Source of the DNA: Octopus bimaculoides
Lineage: Eukaryota
Length of the DNA: 64,000 nt
Reading direction: 5' to 3'
Assembly: GCF_001194135.2 (NCBI RefSeq)
Contig: NC_068993.1
Location: 28,169,702-28,233,701, forward strand
The notes under the pieces were generated by a model. It made no database searches. It was not told the DNA's origin and saw nothing but the letters and a program-made list of their open reading frames with translations. Made by a program: the position numbers and the translations under genes. Of this stretch, positions 39,900 to 53,361 are shown in pieces; within the stretch, counting starts at the first letter, position 1; each line of letters opens with the position of its first letter.

Positions 39900-42620
39900 T
39901 TTGTGAAGGGGCGACAAGCCTCCCCACCCAGCCTAGTCTGCATTCAGGTACATGTTTCTGAATCATTGCTCGTCATCAGCCTGAAGTAGCCGACCAGCTG
40001 GCTGAAAAAGCCTGTCTAGCCTTCACAAATATATATATATTTTCAGTGAAAACACATTCACTGGATACAATTTTTGATTGGTTATAATTTTGATGACATC
40101 TTATTTTTTTTCTCATGGATGTTTTGGTCAGAATATTTTTGTTTTGGCAATGTCTAGTGTTTTGGTTGGTTGGCTTCCTAGTGACGTCCATTCCTTGTTG
40201 ACCATGGTTGAGGAACAAGTTCTAATTCATTATAAGTTTTGTGATATCACTTTATTTTGATCAAAAATATTTTCCATTCTGGGCAAAATATTTTAGTTTT
40301 GACAAAGTTCAGTGTTCTGCTTAATTGACTTCCTGGTAGAGACTCAGTAATATATTTTTACCTGATGGTCATCTAGCATTCTGGTTGGTTGGTTGGTTCC
40401 CTTAAGAAGTCACTACTTTTTTGTTTTCTGAGAGTCCAGTTCTAACCAGAGAAAAATTTCATTGGTTTTGTTGAGGTAACGTCAGCAAGTGGTGTTTGAG
40501 AAGATGTATGGTGTTATTGTATAGTAATTTGGAGTTAAAGTTTTGAATCCCTAAGGAAGCTTATTACTTAAGTAAGGCTTTTCAAATTATATCTGTTGTC
40601 TCTAGTCATTTTTCATGGAAAAATTAGGTTTTCTCTTTCTAGTGTGTTATTATAGGATATTTAGTTTACAGTTTGTATTTTTTTAATGAACATGCTTTCA
40701 TAAGGAACACACTTTCAATTGGAATTGGGTTGAAGTGTTTTCAGTGCATTAAGAGGGAAAATCTGATATTTTGGATTTATGTCTGCAAGGCATTGAGCTA
40801 AGTGTTTGCTTATGGGAATTCTCCTGGTTGTGGGGTCCTGGATCTATTGCCTATGTACTGTCAGTCTGTCCCTCAAGGTCAAGCTAGTTTAATTTATGTA
40901 GTCCGCACCACACTCATCACATTTGAGAACCTAAATTAAATTCTTCGATGCACAGGTGAAGTGATTTTTTTATGGTGAATATTTGACCTGACTTGAACTT
41001 ATATGTTGAACTTTCCATAAGGTTCATGCAAATCCTGCACTTAGGGTGGTTGCATTTTTTGAGTAGTGGGGTTGTATTTTTGGTGGGTTATTTGGCACTG
41101 GTAAGTAACCCTTTTTAGAGATTTGGGTTGTCTTTTACTTTTAATAATTGTATGTGTTTTGGGTGCTTTTTTCATTTGTAGGTCATTCAGCAGGAGGAGT
41201 ATATTCTGATGGATGATGTTATATGCTTCCATGTTCCTTGGATTGTGTGTTGACACATAAAACAAAAGTTTTAAGTGTCATGAGGTTTTCTTGTTTTTTG
41301 TTGTTGTTTATTTTGTAATTCTTGGATATCTATCATTTTTGCATGTTCTATTCCGTTTTTGATCAAACTAACCAGGTATTTTCTTTCTAGTAATAAGTTC
41401 TTGGAATCATTTATCTCAGGTTTCAGGATTTGATACAATCATGCAAATTCTTCTTACCAAGTTAAAAGGTGTATTGATTTTAGTATGTTTTGGGTGGCAG
41501 AAAGAGAATAGTAGATATGTTTTTGAGTCTGTTGGTTTAAAGTAGATATCAGTTTCAATGTTAGTATCTCTCTTTATGATTAGAATGTCCAAAAAAGGAT
41601 AGCTGTTTGTGACTGTATTCCATTATAAATTGGATACTGTGGTTAATGTTGTTAATCAAGATTTTAAATTCCAAGAGTTGCTCAAGGTTATACTACCACA
41701 GAATGAAACAGTTGTCCAGGTAGTGTTTCCAGTTGGCAAGTAAGTATTTCTGGAAGTTGTCACAAACTTTTAGTCTGGCCTGTTTGTATATTTGGACTTC
41801 CAAGTATGCAATGACAAGGTTAGCAAAAGTAGGAGCTACCCTTGTTCCCATCACAGTCCCTGATTTTTGTTGGTAGATGTTTTTATTGAAATTGAAGAAG
41901 TTATTCTGTAGGATGAATTGTAGTTCATCAATGATGAATCCTCTTCCAATTCAGTCAGGGATGTCATTTGGGAATTTTCCCAGCCAGAATTGTATAGCTT
42001 TTATTCTGTATTCATGAGGAATCAAGGTGTTGAGGTTTATTATGTTGAGTGAGACCAAAAGAGTGTCCATGCTGGTTTTGTTCAGGAGATGGTTTAGAAA
42101 GTCCAGGTCATCTCTTATGATGCTCAGAATATGCTGGAGAATAGGTTTTAGGAATAGTTACTGAGTCTGTATGTCTCACAGGAAGGACAGGCCACAATTG
42201 GCCTCATTTTGAGAGCTCAAATCTATTACAAAATGTAAAAACAACTACAGGTTTTTAGATTCAGGTGCATTTTCAAATCCTTCCCCCACCAAAATAATTT
42301 TCCTATACACGCACACACACCCACATACATATATAGATACAATGAAAGAAGAGAAATGGAATTGTTATGATGGTACTAAATATCTAAACTGTGTAGGCAT
42401 TCTTTGTTGATAGGTAAGACAAGAACATGATGGAAAGAGAGGAAGGAATAGTAATGATAAAGGAGATGAGCTTGTGGTAAGGCTTGACTTGTTTTGATAT
42501 TTATGTGTGCACATGTTGAGATAAGGAGTGTAGGTCATTGGTTTGACCTTAGGCACAGCAGGTGCTTCCTTGGTGAATTTAGATGTAGGGCAAGGAAGCA
42601 AATTTTGTTTTGATGTTGCT
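39900..42620 (-). mobile_element. Penelope-like element, degraded, RT plus GIY-YIG endonuclease and 3' terminal region
   Basis: Minus-strand GTVMGTRVAPTFANLVIAYLE, LPFLD, NTPFNLVRRI, NLI.VLKCDECG..YI..T...LRDRL.VHR. Confidence 0.82.
39943..39985 (-). ncRNA. Minimal type I hammerhead ribozyme-like motif (imperfect stem II)
   Basis: Minus strand TTCAGG-CTGATGA-CGAGCAATGATTCA-GAAAC-AT-GTA-CCTGAA; 6-bp stem I, palindromic ACATGT stem III; at the 3' end of a PLE. Confidence 0.6.
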
Positions 42621-43149
42621 GGTTCAAAGTTCTTAATCTGAGTTGACAGGTGATATTTACTTAAAGGGTTGTGTTAATTACTTCTTTGATGTTTCTAGTG
42701 CTTGCATGGATCCAGTGGGTTCAGCTACTATGGATTACAATGTATACTTAGTTCTGTATTATGAAACACATACTGTACTGTGCACATTGTTTTCATTGGA
42801 GACATGGATGGATGTGTTCCATTGTGTTAAAATATTCTGGTGATATAGCCTAGGAAAATAGTTCTTTTGGTTCTTTTGTTTAGTTCATTAGTCAAAGATG
42901 ATGTATAAGTGTTCAGTTTTTGCTGAACGAGCTGCACAAATGATTTGTTTATAGTGATCAAATGTAAGTGCTGCACATTAGCTCACTCCCTCCATTAAAT
43001 TGACACTGTCTGTACGGGTGTACGAATGTGCCACATGTTGGATGTCGAAATGATCACAGAGCAGCTCAAGAACACAATATGCTACTTTGTCCAGGAATCA
43101 AACCCACAGCATAGTGATCATGACTGCAACACCCAAACCACTAGGTCCT

Positions 43150-43900
43150 TCTGTTGTCCAGTCAGATGCTTATGCTGGTTAGTGTTTCTCTGTTCTATAA
43201 TGTTCCATTTGAATCCATGTAAGGATGCTTTGATCTTATGCTTGGATGATACAATTACTTCTGAATGCCTATTAATTATGTGTTCTGAATGTAATGATCT
43301 CCTGAGTTCTATTGTATGGTCAAGCATTTCCTATTATAGACCAGTTGGTTGTATGTTCCACCCCATTCCGTTTAAGTTTCCAGATGAGGTTAGATAATGA
43401 TGTGCAGTAACTTTTGTTTTCATTGGAAGATGACATAAGATTACATAGATGATTTTTCATGGTGTCTCCGGATGCACCAATAAATACATATTTTAGTGTA
43501 CCTGCCCTCACTTCACATCTGTAAATTATGTTCTTCACTATGCAATTTGCATTCATTTTTCCATCTGCATTTAGATGCTACAGTACCTTTTCTGGTTTGG
43601 TTGTTTTCCTGTTCCTCATCTGCATTTATGTTGTGCACATTGGTGTTTGTGTGTGTGTTTTGGTTGTTAATGGAGTTATTATTAGTGCTCATACTCCTTC
43701 TTCCTCCTGCAACTGTGTTCTTATTTTCTTCAGGTATGGATTGCACTGCCAATGGTATGGTGTTGTTTGGACTTGTTCCTGTGATGGAGGAGCATTTATC
43801 ATTCATCTTCACAACCATTCCCTCGCTGTTTATTTTGTTTTCATCTACAGTTTTCCTGTTACCCACTTCTAATTTTATTTTATTAAGTTTTATATTATTT
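43150..43900 (-). mobile_element. Penelope-like element C-terminal GIY-YIG fragment, resembling Naiad/Chlamys type
   Basis: CIVKNIIYRCEV...FIGASG.TMK...YCTSLSNLIWKLK...WSII..A followed by INRHSEVIVSSKHKIK. Confidence 0.55.
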
Positions 43901-43999
43901 AAAAAAGAAGTGAAATGATTAAATGATAGGAATCCCTATGGATTTTCATGTTACAAAATGAGATGCTTCTGAGAGATATTTTTCGAAAAGGGTTAGCAA

Positions 44000-44928
44000 T
44001 AAATTCTTCACACTCCACAAATTCGGTCACTTTCACCAAATGTCCTCCCTCAAACACTTGAGAATGTCACAGTAGAACTCTCAATTGACAGTCTGAACTT
44101 GGAGTACAAATTCTCGATGCACAATACTACAGATGTCAAAAAAATGATGAGCATACTCTTGATTGAACTGCAGCTCTGTTATGCCTTCTTCAGATGTGGA
44201 GATGAAGCGCTTTTCCATTATGACAACTACTGCTTTGTCTCAGAGTCATACCCGTATACCCAACTCTCATCACTGGTGATGATCCTTGACATGAAGGATG
44301 GGTCATCAGCAACATGCTGATGGAAATCTTGACAGACTTTGATGTGATGTTCTTTCTGCTCAGTGGTCAGCAGACAGGGGACAAACTTGGCAGAGACACA
44401 CCGCATGTTCAATTCAGATGTTAGGATTGCCTGCGCAGATTCATACAACAGACCAACATCAGCAATGTTGTTGATTGTCCTCCAATGATCCTTATACACA
44501 AGCTGATGAATTTTCTCTACATTTCCAGGAATGACGGTCATGGCAGGTCTTCCAGATTGCACATCATCTTCCAGAGATGTTCTGCTTTTGAAGTGCCCAT
44601 GCCACTCAAAACATTGCGTACAACCCATTGTCTCATCATTGTTAGCTTGCCAAAGCATGCTCAGTGTCTCTGTAGCAGTCTTCCCAAGTTTACACAAAAT
44701 TTCATGTTGTCTCTTTGTTCCAACTTCCTGATCACATTGTATGCAGACTACAGCATACATGTGATCGCAAAAACACAAATTTCACAACTTGCAAAGTAAA
44801 CACAGCGATGTCACTTAGCACACTGCCTCATGAAGGTCACCTCTAGCTCTCAGTATGCATGCAACAAGGTGCTACCATCTGTTGGCATGTTACAGAACTA
44901 GTCCAGGAACTTTTTGATGCCACTTCAT
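44000..44928 (-). mobile_element. mariner transposon, 3'-truncated
   Basis: ORF 44227-44778 with SLEDDVQSGRP, AKFVP, IITSDESWVYGYD; TIR-like ta|tgaagtggcatcaaaaagttcctggact at the 5' end. Confidence 0.88.
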
Positions 44929-44939
44929 ATCTGCACATC

Positions 44940-45178
44940 TACCACATGTAAAGACTACTTTGTTAACCTTCCAGTGATTCCACTGCACCTCTTACATGTT
45001 CATAGCTTGCATTAGGTACACCTAATGGAATTTCTCCTAACACCTTTTCTACATATCAAGCAGGGCCATCTCCTTGAAGGGATATGTGATTTGTCTATTT
45101 TCCTACTTACTAGGATTTTGGTCTTTGCTAAATTAATTCTAAGGCCCCTTGATTCCAGTCCATGCTTCCATACCCGAA
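44940..45178 (-). mobile_element. PHD-insert LINE fragment
   Basis: Reverse complement of the ESKGLRINLAKTK...GRWPCLICRKGVRRNSI segment. Confidence 0.75.
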
Positions 45179-45184
45179 ATTTCT

Positions 45185-45241
<57 letters not shown>

Positions 45242-47043
45242 CTGTCTACATATATGTGTATATCATCATCATTTAACATCCAATTTTCCATGCTTGCTTG
45301 GTTCAAACAGAATTTGTTGCAGCAAATTTTCTCTGGCTGGATGCCCTTCCTGTTACCAATTCTCACCTGTTTCCAAGCAAGGTAATATTTTCCTTTGCCC
45401 AGACACATGTGCAAATATTTAACACTGCTTGTATGAGAATGTTACAACTATCACATGATGTCAAGACAAAGACAAAACACACACACAGCAATAACAACAT
45501 CAAGTTTCTTTCAGTTCCTGTCTATCAAATCCACCCACTAGGCTTTGGTTGACCAATGGTATTACACAGTGAAACTGAACTTGGTACCAGGTAGTAGAGA
45601 ATCAAGCTTTTTCCCCCCACAGCCATGCCTGCATGTGTATGTGTATGTATATGTGTGTGTACATGCGCACTTGTATTTATATGTATTTTACTATTGTTTA
45701 GGCCTAGACTGGCTCTGATTGTGTATAGTTACAATTCCATTAATACATCTTTTTCTTTTCAAAAGGACACCAGGTTATGTATTGAGGGAGATTTGCTGAG
45801 AAGAAATTGAAAATAAATTATTGCTGCTTTTTTTCATGAAAGTTTTTTAAAAATGCTATTTTAATGTTAAAAGCTAGAAAATTTTTATAGCACATTTTTC
45901 AAGTCACTCGAACATTAATATATATTTTGTAAAGTCCTAAAGTACAATTTTTAAAATCTGTGTTGTACTTAATAAGCTTTGCCATGCATTATTTAAGAAC
46001 TATTATTTAAAACTGTTTAGTTTTGCTGTTCTGATTTCAAATCTTACCTAAGCCAAACTCGGGATCAATAAAATCAGAAGCTATTATTGATAAAATTGTT
46101 TAAGACTATGCAATTTCCACTTATACAAATATGGTCTGCCCGAAAAAGAAGTTATATGTGCATACATTCAGTATCATTAGTGCTCCGTAACAAATTCTGG
46201 TCATTGCAAAAAGAGCTGCCAAGAACTAAGCCAGGGAGGTAATTCTGACTTGATTCTGAAATGTCCCAAGTTTTAGTAACTATTTTTTAAAAATCAAATC
46301 TAAAGTTGAATCAAAACAGTTATCACTGATTACTAAGTAGCTATTACTAATTACCTGTAATAAAATATTGTGACTTTGGCAAAATATTGGGAGAATGAAA
46401 ATTACTCAGATATATTGTGTTATCACAAAATAACAGCAATAAACTAGAGGTGAATATAATGTGTGTGTGTGTGTGTGCCAAGTGGCTAATATAATTTATA
46501 ATTTTGGCATGGCTTTACCAAGAAGCAAATGAAAAAAAGATAAAGGTTTACAAGCAAATAAATTATTAAAATCTTTTTCAATAAAATGTTTATTAAGGTT
46601 ACTTAAATTGCAGACCATGCAACCACCAAACAGTATAAAAATATATTAAGAAATATTCCAAGAGTCTTGTTTTATAATGCATATTTCCAACCAGACCTTC
46701 ACAAAAATACAGATTGACTTTGGCAGAAATTACATAGTTGTAGATCTATTTGAAAAAAGAAACTAAAGGATAATTTATGAGATAAATGGACAGGTCATTT
46801 TTTGATGTTTGAAAACATTTTGGTTATTTCTGAATTTAGTGAAACCATATCATTCTTTCCTCATTTAATAATTTATGAGACAGCTATAAACATTGCTTGC
46901 CATTGTTATATCATATCTAGGCTACTGTCAAACTCAATAAAGCCACAGCCTTCTTTCTTTAAATAATAATTTGTTTGATAACTATATGTAAGATAATACA
47001 ATTCTATATTTCTGAAATGAGGAATTTATATTATGTATTAGTT

Positions 47044-47337
47044 GGAGTGGTGTCTTCATCTTACTTGTTGTTTTCACTACCTTTCTGCTGTGTATGCTCC
47101 AACCTTCTTCAGGTGTCTTATTATCCAATCAATACAGAGTCAACATAAGACATCAATGAAAACTGCTTACAGTCATAGTGTAGTGGATAAAAGTACTAAA
47201 ATGCTATGCAGTCACCTAGAGGTTCTTAGTTCAATCCCAGGCAAGGTGCTAAGATTAATCACAAGACACCTAAAGAAAGCTGGAGTGTACACAGCCTGAA
47301 CATAATGAAAGAACAATCAAGATGAGGACATCACTCT
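47044..47337. repeat. Inverted approx. 75-bp PLE-terminal-like arms flanking a tRNA-SINE head
   Basis: 47044-47119 is an imperfect reverse complement of 47263-47337; A/B-box-like tagtgtagtgg and agttcaatccc between them. Confidence 0.6.
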
Positions 47338-47787
47338 GACTAATATATATGTAATATGTTGTTATTGTGATAATAGAACTAGGTTCTTCTCTGGCTTAAT
47401 AAACAATTTACTGGTGCATTAAGTTTTTCATTACTGTACTACAGAATATATATAGATGTTTAACCAACACTGTGTATAGACAAATAGAAACACCTTGCCT
47501 GTATATACATGGACAGAAAAAGAGAGATAAGCCAGACAAGTTTCAAACCTAAGTTAGGATATCTACCTTTCTATAGTACAGTACAGCAGTTGAAGAAAAC
47601 TGGTTACACTCCAGCAATTTATTCATCAACCTAGCTGCCAGCATCACATTATATATGTAAATTGGTCTCTCCATTTCACTTAAGCCCTTAGTAATAGTAG
47701 GCTTAAATGCAGTATCTCCATGAACAATTTAAGAGGCCAATCAGTCATGGATGAAATTTCAACACAGGACTGTAACTAAGGTATTGT

Positions 47788-48530
47788 ATATCATGACAAT
47801 GTATTTACATCTGTCTACATATGCAATGATGGCTAAAAATCTACAGATGTATTCTGTAGTACAGTGTAGCATTAATAAAGAAGAAACATAATTGATATAG
47901 GTATATAAGTGTAATTAAATACTTCCCTTGAACCTCTCCTACCCTCTCATCACTCTGTTGACCCCATTGCACACATATTCATGTTCTCTCTCTCATCCTT
48001 TTCACACTCTTAATCATCACTCAACTTCTCTTCATACTTCTAGACATGTTTGTCTTGGTAAAACACAGACAACATGGAGAAGACCTCTTAGTCTTGCAGA
48101 AGAGAAGGCAATTTCTAGAGTATTGGTGCCATGATAAAATGCTCCCAATGCACTCTGTAAAGTGGTTGGTGTTAGGAATGACATCTGGCCATAGTATACA
48201 TGCCAAAAATGGAACATACAAGTAAGGTATGATCCTCTGATCCATCTAAGAAGGAAGTAACTTTGAATAAGAACTGACTTGAACTCTAACAAACTATCCA
48301 GTCCATACCAGCATGGAAAACAGATGTATATGATGGGGTGGCAGTGATTGCTGCTGCTTTCTTCAGAAACAGAGGGTAGGAGAGGTTCAAGGGAAATATT
48401 TAATTATACCTGTATACCTTTATCAATTATATTTCTTCTTTATTAATGCTACACTGTACTACGGAATAAATCTGTAGATATTTAGTCATCATTGCATATG
48501 TAGACAGATGTAAACACATTGTCATGATAT
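47788..48530. repeat. Inverted repeat with approx. 160-bp arms (47788-47948 / 48371-48530)
   Basis: Arms align as reverse complements by inspection; spacer includes a LINE-tail repeat piece. Confidence 0.85.
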
Positions 48531-48540
48531 TTATTTATTA

Positions 48541-49723
48541 CTAGCAGAGGCACCCGGCGTTGCCCTGGAATGAAATTGTTGCTTATATACTGGAAGTAAA
48601 AAAGCTAAATATGCTGTATAGAAATTTTAAGACATTCTGTAGATGGACTCTCAGATGAATGATGGCTGGGCGCCTCTCATGAAAGGGAAAATTGAAGATG
48701 CACCAAAAAGCCTCATTGGTACTTGGAAACTTTTACGAAAATTAAAATGGGGATTAAATGAAAAAATGATTTACGTGAATATCCTCACAAGAGTAATTGA
48801 AATAAATGGCGATTGTNNNNNNNNNNCCCCCACGCTCACACACACACACACATCAGATGAAATGGACGTGTGTGTGTGTGACAGAGAGAGAATGATAGAG
48901 AGAGGTTTGTTGTCATGTATGCGTACATGCATAAATATGCATACATCTTTGTTTGTGAGTGTGTGTGTGTGTGTATGAGAGAGAGGGAGAGTAAATACTA
49001 CATACACACCGCTCTCTCACTCTGTCTCACACACATACACATGCACACATACATAAATGTATACAAACATATTTACAAAGACACACGTGTATATGCGCGC
49101 GTGCGTGTGTTGTGTGTGTGTGAGAGAGAGAGAGAGGGGGGGTGAGAGAATATTGCGAAGAATGAATGAAATAAACATGAAATGAAAAAGTCATATAAAT
49201 AAAAGCTCTTGGACGGAATGTTTAAATTTGTGGACTTAGTAAATATTTCGAACCTTTAAAGAAGTGAATCATAAATATGAAGAGCCTAACATTTATCTCT
49301 GAGATCAAATTATTCATGCATCACAAGTATGGAAGCATTTGGTGAAGTCGATTTCACTTGAAAAGCGAATACACAAAAACGTCAAAATAGTGAGTGAAGC
49401 TTTTTGCCGTTGCTACGTCAATACCGGAAGTTGACATTGTATCACAAGTATGTAAGCATTTGGTACAAAAACGTCAAAATAGAGAGTGAAGCTTTTTGCC
49501 ATTGTTACGTCAATCCTGGAAGTTAGCATTGAGGAACTTTTTTAAAGAAGTGAATCATATATATAAAGCAATATTATTTATTTTTAATTAAAAAAATCAA
49601 ATGAAGAGCCTAACATTTATCCGAGGTCAAATTATTCATGCATCACAAGTATGGAAGCATTTGGTGAAGTCGATTTCACGTGAAAAGCGAATACACAGAC
49701 ATCTCTGTTTTATATATTAGAGA
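48541..49723 (-). mobile_element. Non-autonomous Helitron with internal tandem duplications
   Basis: A|TC 5' end, CTAG|T 3' end, subterminal hairpin ccagggcaacgccggg; internal repeats approx. 49285-49380 vs 49605-49700. Confidence 0.75.
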
Positions 49724-50501
49724 TACCTTAGTTACAGTCCTGTGTTGAAATTTCATCCATGATTGATTGGCTTCTTTAATTGTTCATGGAGATGCTGCAT
49801 TTAAGCTAAAACTAGGTTGCAATGTTTGTATCTGAAACTAGGTAGCTATAAGGAGCCTCTGTGTAGTCATTCAATTTGCTAGAAATAGCAGCCAAATTTC
49901 ATATCACACACTGAAGCCATAGAAAATGACACATTCAAGAATGTAGTCCATGATTGTTTGAGACTGAAATGTGGGGAAATCGAGGTTTGAACAGCTTTCA
50001 TCATAGTTTGCTCTTGTAAGGCTAATCTGGGGTATATAACAAAATATTTATATACCCTCAAATATACTACAGAAATTCTATAAATTATATTTATAATTCT
50101 GCAATTAATTTCATATGAAAATGCTATCGTAAGAGGAAAAAATTACATTATTGATTTTACTGATAAAATATATTTTCTGTTTTCCAGATGTAAAATATAT
50201 TCCATTCTGTGAGTTTACTGTATTGGAAGATTATCATCATCATTTTAATGTCTACTTTTCTATGCTTGCATGTTTGAAATTCTTCTAAAAATATTTGCCA
50301 TATATTTTGATGCAGAAGCCAACTGTTCAAGAAGTATTAAAACTCTGTTTGCTGTACAACTTGAACCTCTGGTTAACATATTAAAATTAAAATTTTACAT
50401 TCAACATATACAGCAGCTCCAAAAAAGCAAAAGAAAACATTGTTCATTAATAAATAGCATTGCTAACTGTCTAATAACTATAATTTACTTATCTCATGCA
50501 G

Positions 50502-50566
50502 GGAGAGCGCTATGAAATACTTAATGACTCCAATGAGCACTGGTGGCTTGCAAAGAACAAACGAGG
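50502..50566 (+). CDS. TEC: Tec-family kinase exon: SH3 middle
   Basis: catgcag|GGA GAG CGC...; GERYEILNDSNEHWWLAKNKR(G) with SH3 WW motif; best donor is GG|gcaagt (GC donor). Confidence 0.93.
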
Positions 50567-52220
50567 GCAAGTTGATTAACTCTTTACTCTCTCTTTCTCT
50601 CTGTCTCTCTATTTATCTGTCCTTTTCTCATTCTGTATTTATCTTTATAGTGTACTTATCCCTATCATCCCTGAGCACAAGGAGAAAACTTGTGTCTGTA
50701 CCTGAACTCCACACCTTGAGCACACAGAAATGTATATCTCACATATAAAAAAGTGATTAACTGAAAACTACTAAAAAATAAACACTTAAAAATTGAAGAT
50801 CTAATCTCAAATTGGTAATCTTTGAATTTAATATCAGTATTACTTAAAACATTATTACTTTTCCCTTTAAGGTAGCAAGCTGGTAGAATCATTAGCATGC
50901 CAGGCAAAACATTGGCTGGCATTTCATCTGTCTATACATTCTGAGTTCAAATGTCACCGCAGTCGACTTTGCTTCTCATCCTTTTGGGGTCAATAAAATA
51001 AGTACCAGTTGAGTAAGGAGGTCGATGTAATCAACTTGCTTCCTCCTTCTCCAAAATTGCTGGCCTTGTGCCAAAATTTGAAATCATTATTACTTTTCCC
51101 TTAAGGTGGTGAGTTGACAGGATTGTTAGCTCACCAGACAAAATGCTTGGTGGCAATTTGTCCTTCTTTAAATTCTAAGTTCAAATTCCACCAAGGTCAA
51201 CTTTGCCTTTTGTTCTTTCGGGGGTCAATGAAATAAGTACCAGTTGAGCTCCAGGGTTGGTGTAGATTACTAGCTCTTTCTCACAAATTTCAGGCCTTAG
51301 TAGAAAGTATTTCAGTGTTAACTTGATGTTCTAGTTCTGGTAGGCATTTTGTTGTAATTATAAAGACATGGTATTGTTTAACCCTAAGTCAGTTTTGATT
51401 AAACAGTCCTAATGCAGGGTAGTTGAACAACTAGATCCCACCTACAGATCTGTTGCTTCAGTAATTCCATGATGCCACCCAAAGATTACACTGCTCAGTG
51501 TATTTTCTTCAGGGGCTACATCTCACAAAGCTGTACCAAGATGTAGGAACTTAAAAAATGTGTGGCGCCAGTTGTTTAAACAACAAAAAAAAAAGATTTG
51601 TTGAAGGAAGTTACATTAACTTACAATAATTTTTTGGTAAGTTAGCAGGCGTGATGGGGTAGGGTAGTGTTCATGGTATTTTTAGATTCTCCTAGATCAA
51701 TGAGATTAACCTTCTTGATGGTTTGCTTAAACATCTGTATGTGGTTATCTGTAGAAATTGCTCAGGGTCAAAGAAGGAATTTCAAGGATGTTGTAATTCT
51801 GTCAAGTAATAATTGGAGAAAGTGTTTTGGTGAAGGATCTGAAAGAGTAATACACAATAAAGGATGTTCACAGGAAAAAGGGAGAGATGTATTGGGTGAA
51901 AGGATGCCAATATCTTATTAGTTCATTGCAGTTGTGGTAGAAGAGGCAGAGAGATATGTGAGCAGGTAATGGAGTGAATCATTCTGGTAAGCGAATCCTC
52001 AGAAATTGTCAAACAAATTTACAACCTAATTGATTTATTATACTTGTTTTCTACCAAATACAATGAATGAGAGTTCTTGGGGCAGAATATTATTACATTG
52101 TTAAAGCAAATTTATGTTTCTCTGAAAATATCACTTTTCCACCAATTCTATTGCCATGACAGAATTCCTTCATTTTTATAACTTTTTACAGTTTTTTTTC
52201 AAAATAATCGTTGCTCCTTC

Positions 52221-52380
<160 letters not shown>

Positions 52381-52410
52381 ATACCTGTTTCTTTCTCTCT
52401 CTTCTCACAG

Positions 52411-52470
52411 GGAGAAAGGCTACATTCCATCCAACTATGTGAAGAAATTGTGTGATCTGGAAATATTTGA
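52411..52470 (+). CDS. TEC: Tec-family kinase exon: SH3 C-terminus
   Basis: ctcacag|G GAG AAA GGC...; EKGYIPSNYVKKLCDLEIF with the GYIPSNYV SH3 signature; donor GA|gtaaga. Confidence 0.95.
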
Positions 52471-53361
52471 GTAAGATCTTTAATGTTTACTTTTCTATAT
52501 ATTTTAATATATACATAATGCATGGGGATTGCTTTTGTGTGTGTGTACAAGTACATACATACATGCACACACGTATATACACACTGTCATATATATAACC
52601 ATAAAGTCAGGAGGTATAAGTGGTGAATATATATACAGGGGGCATAAGGTATTTGAGGACATACTTCTTTTTTTTTTTTGGTCATTGCTGCATTTTTTGC
52701 TAACTCTATATAATCTTTGTTTCAGAAAATAATAATGGCAGACACTCTGCTTACTCAAGAAATGAAAAGGCATTCTGGTATTGTGGCTATAAAGGCTGAG
52801 CATAGCAATTTAGAAATATCTCAATTTTTAAATGTTGCTGGAACTTTCATCTACAAAGTTCGTAAGGAGTTAGAGACCAAAGATTTCCATCAGATTACAA
52901 TCCCAGGAAACTGATTACAATCCCAGAAAATCCATGAGATCAATTGCAAAAGATCTCCATGTGTCAGAAGGAACAATGACATCAGATATTAGTCTTATGT
53001 GATGAGGAAGGATCAATTTATGTCAGGAAAAGCAAAAGAAAATTGTTACATCAGATTTAAAAGGCTCTTAAACAAATTGAAAAAGTCCAGCAGAAGAAGA
53101 TTTGTTTTAGTTTTTCTCAGATGAAAAAAACTTTGACCAAGATCTAAAAGTTAACAGAAGAAATGACAGATTGTTATGTGCAGACCCTTCTGAAGTTCCA
53201 AGAATTATGCATACAAAATTTCCTGTAACTATCATGGTTTTAGGGGTTGTCAGCAATGAGGGACATGTGATGCCTCCTTACTTCTTTCCTCAAGGTCTTA
53301 AAGTTAACTCTGCCACCTACACTGAGGTCCTCAAAACAGTTGATAAGTCTTGGATGAACAG

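Noticed and set aside
39850-39900. Paired ETS-like TTTCCTGT motifs as an alternative promoter
   Set aside because: Short motifs expected by chance and adjacent to a PLE terminal region; no transcript evidence
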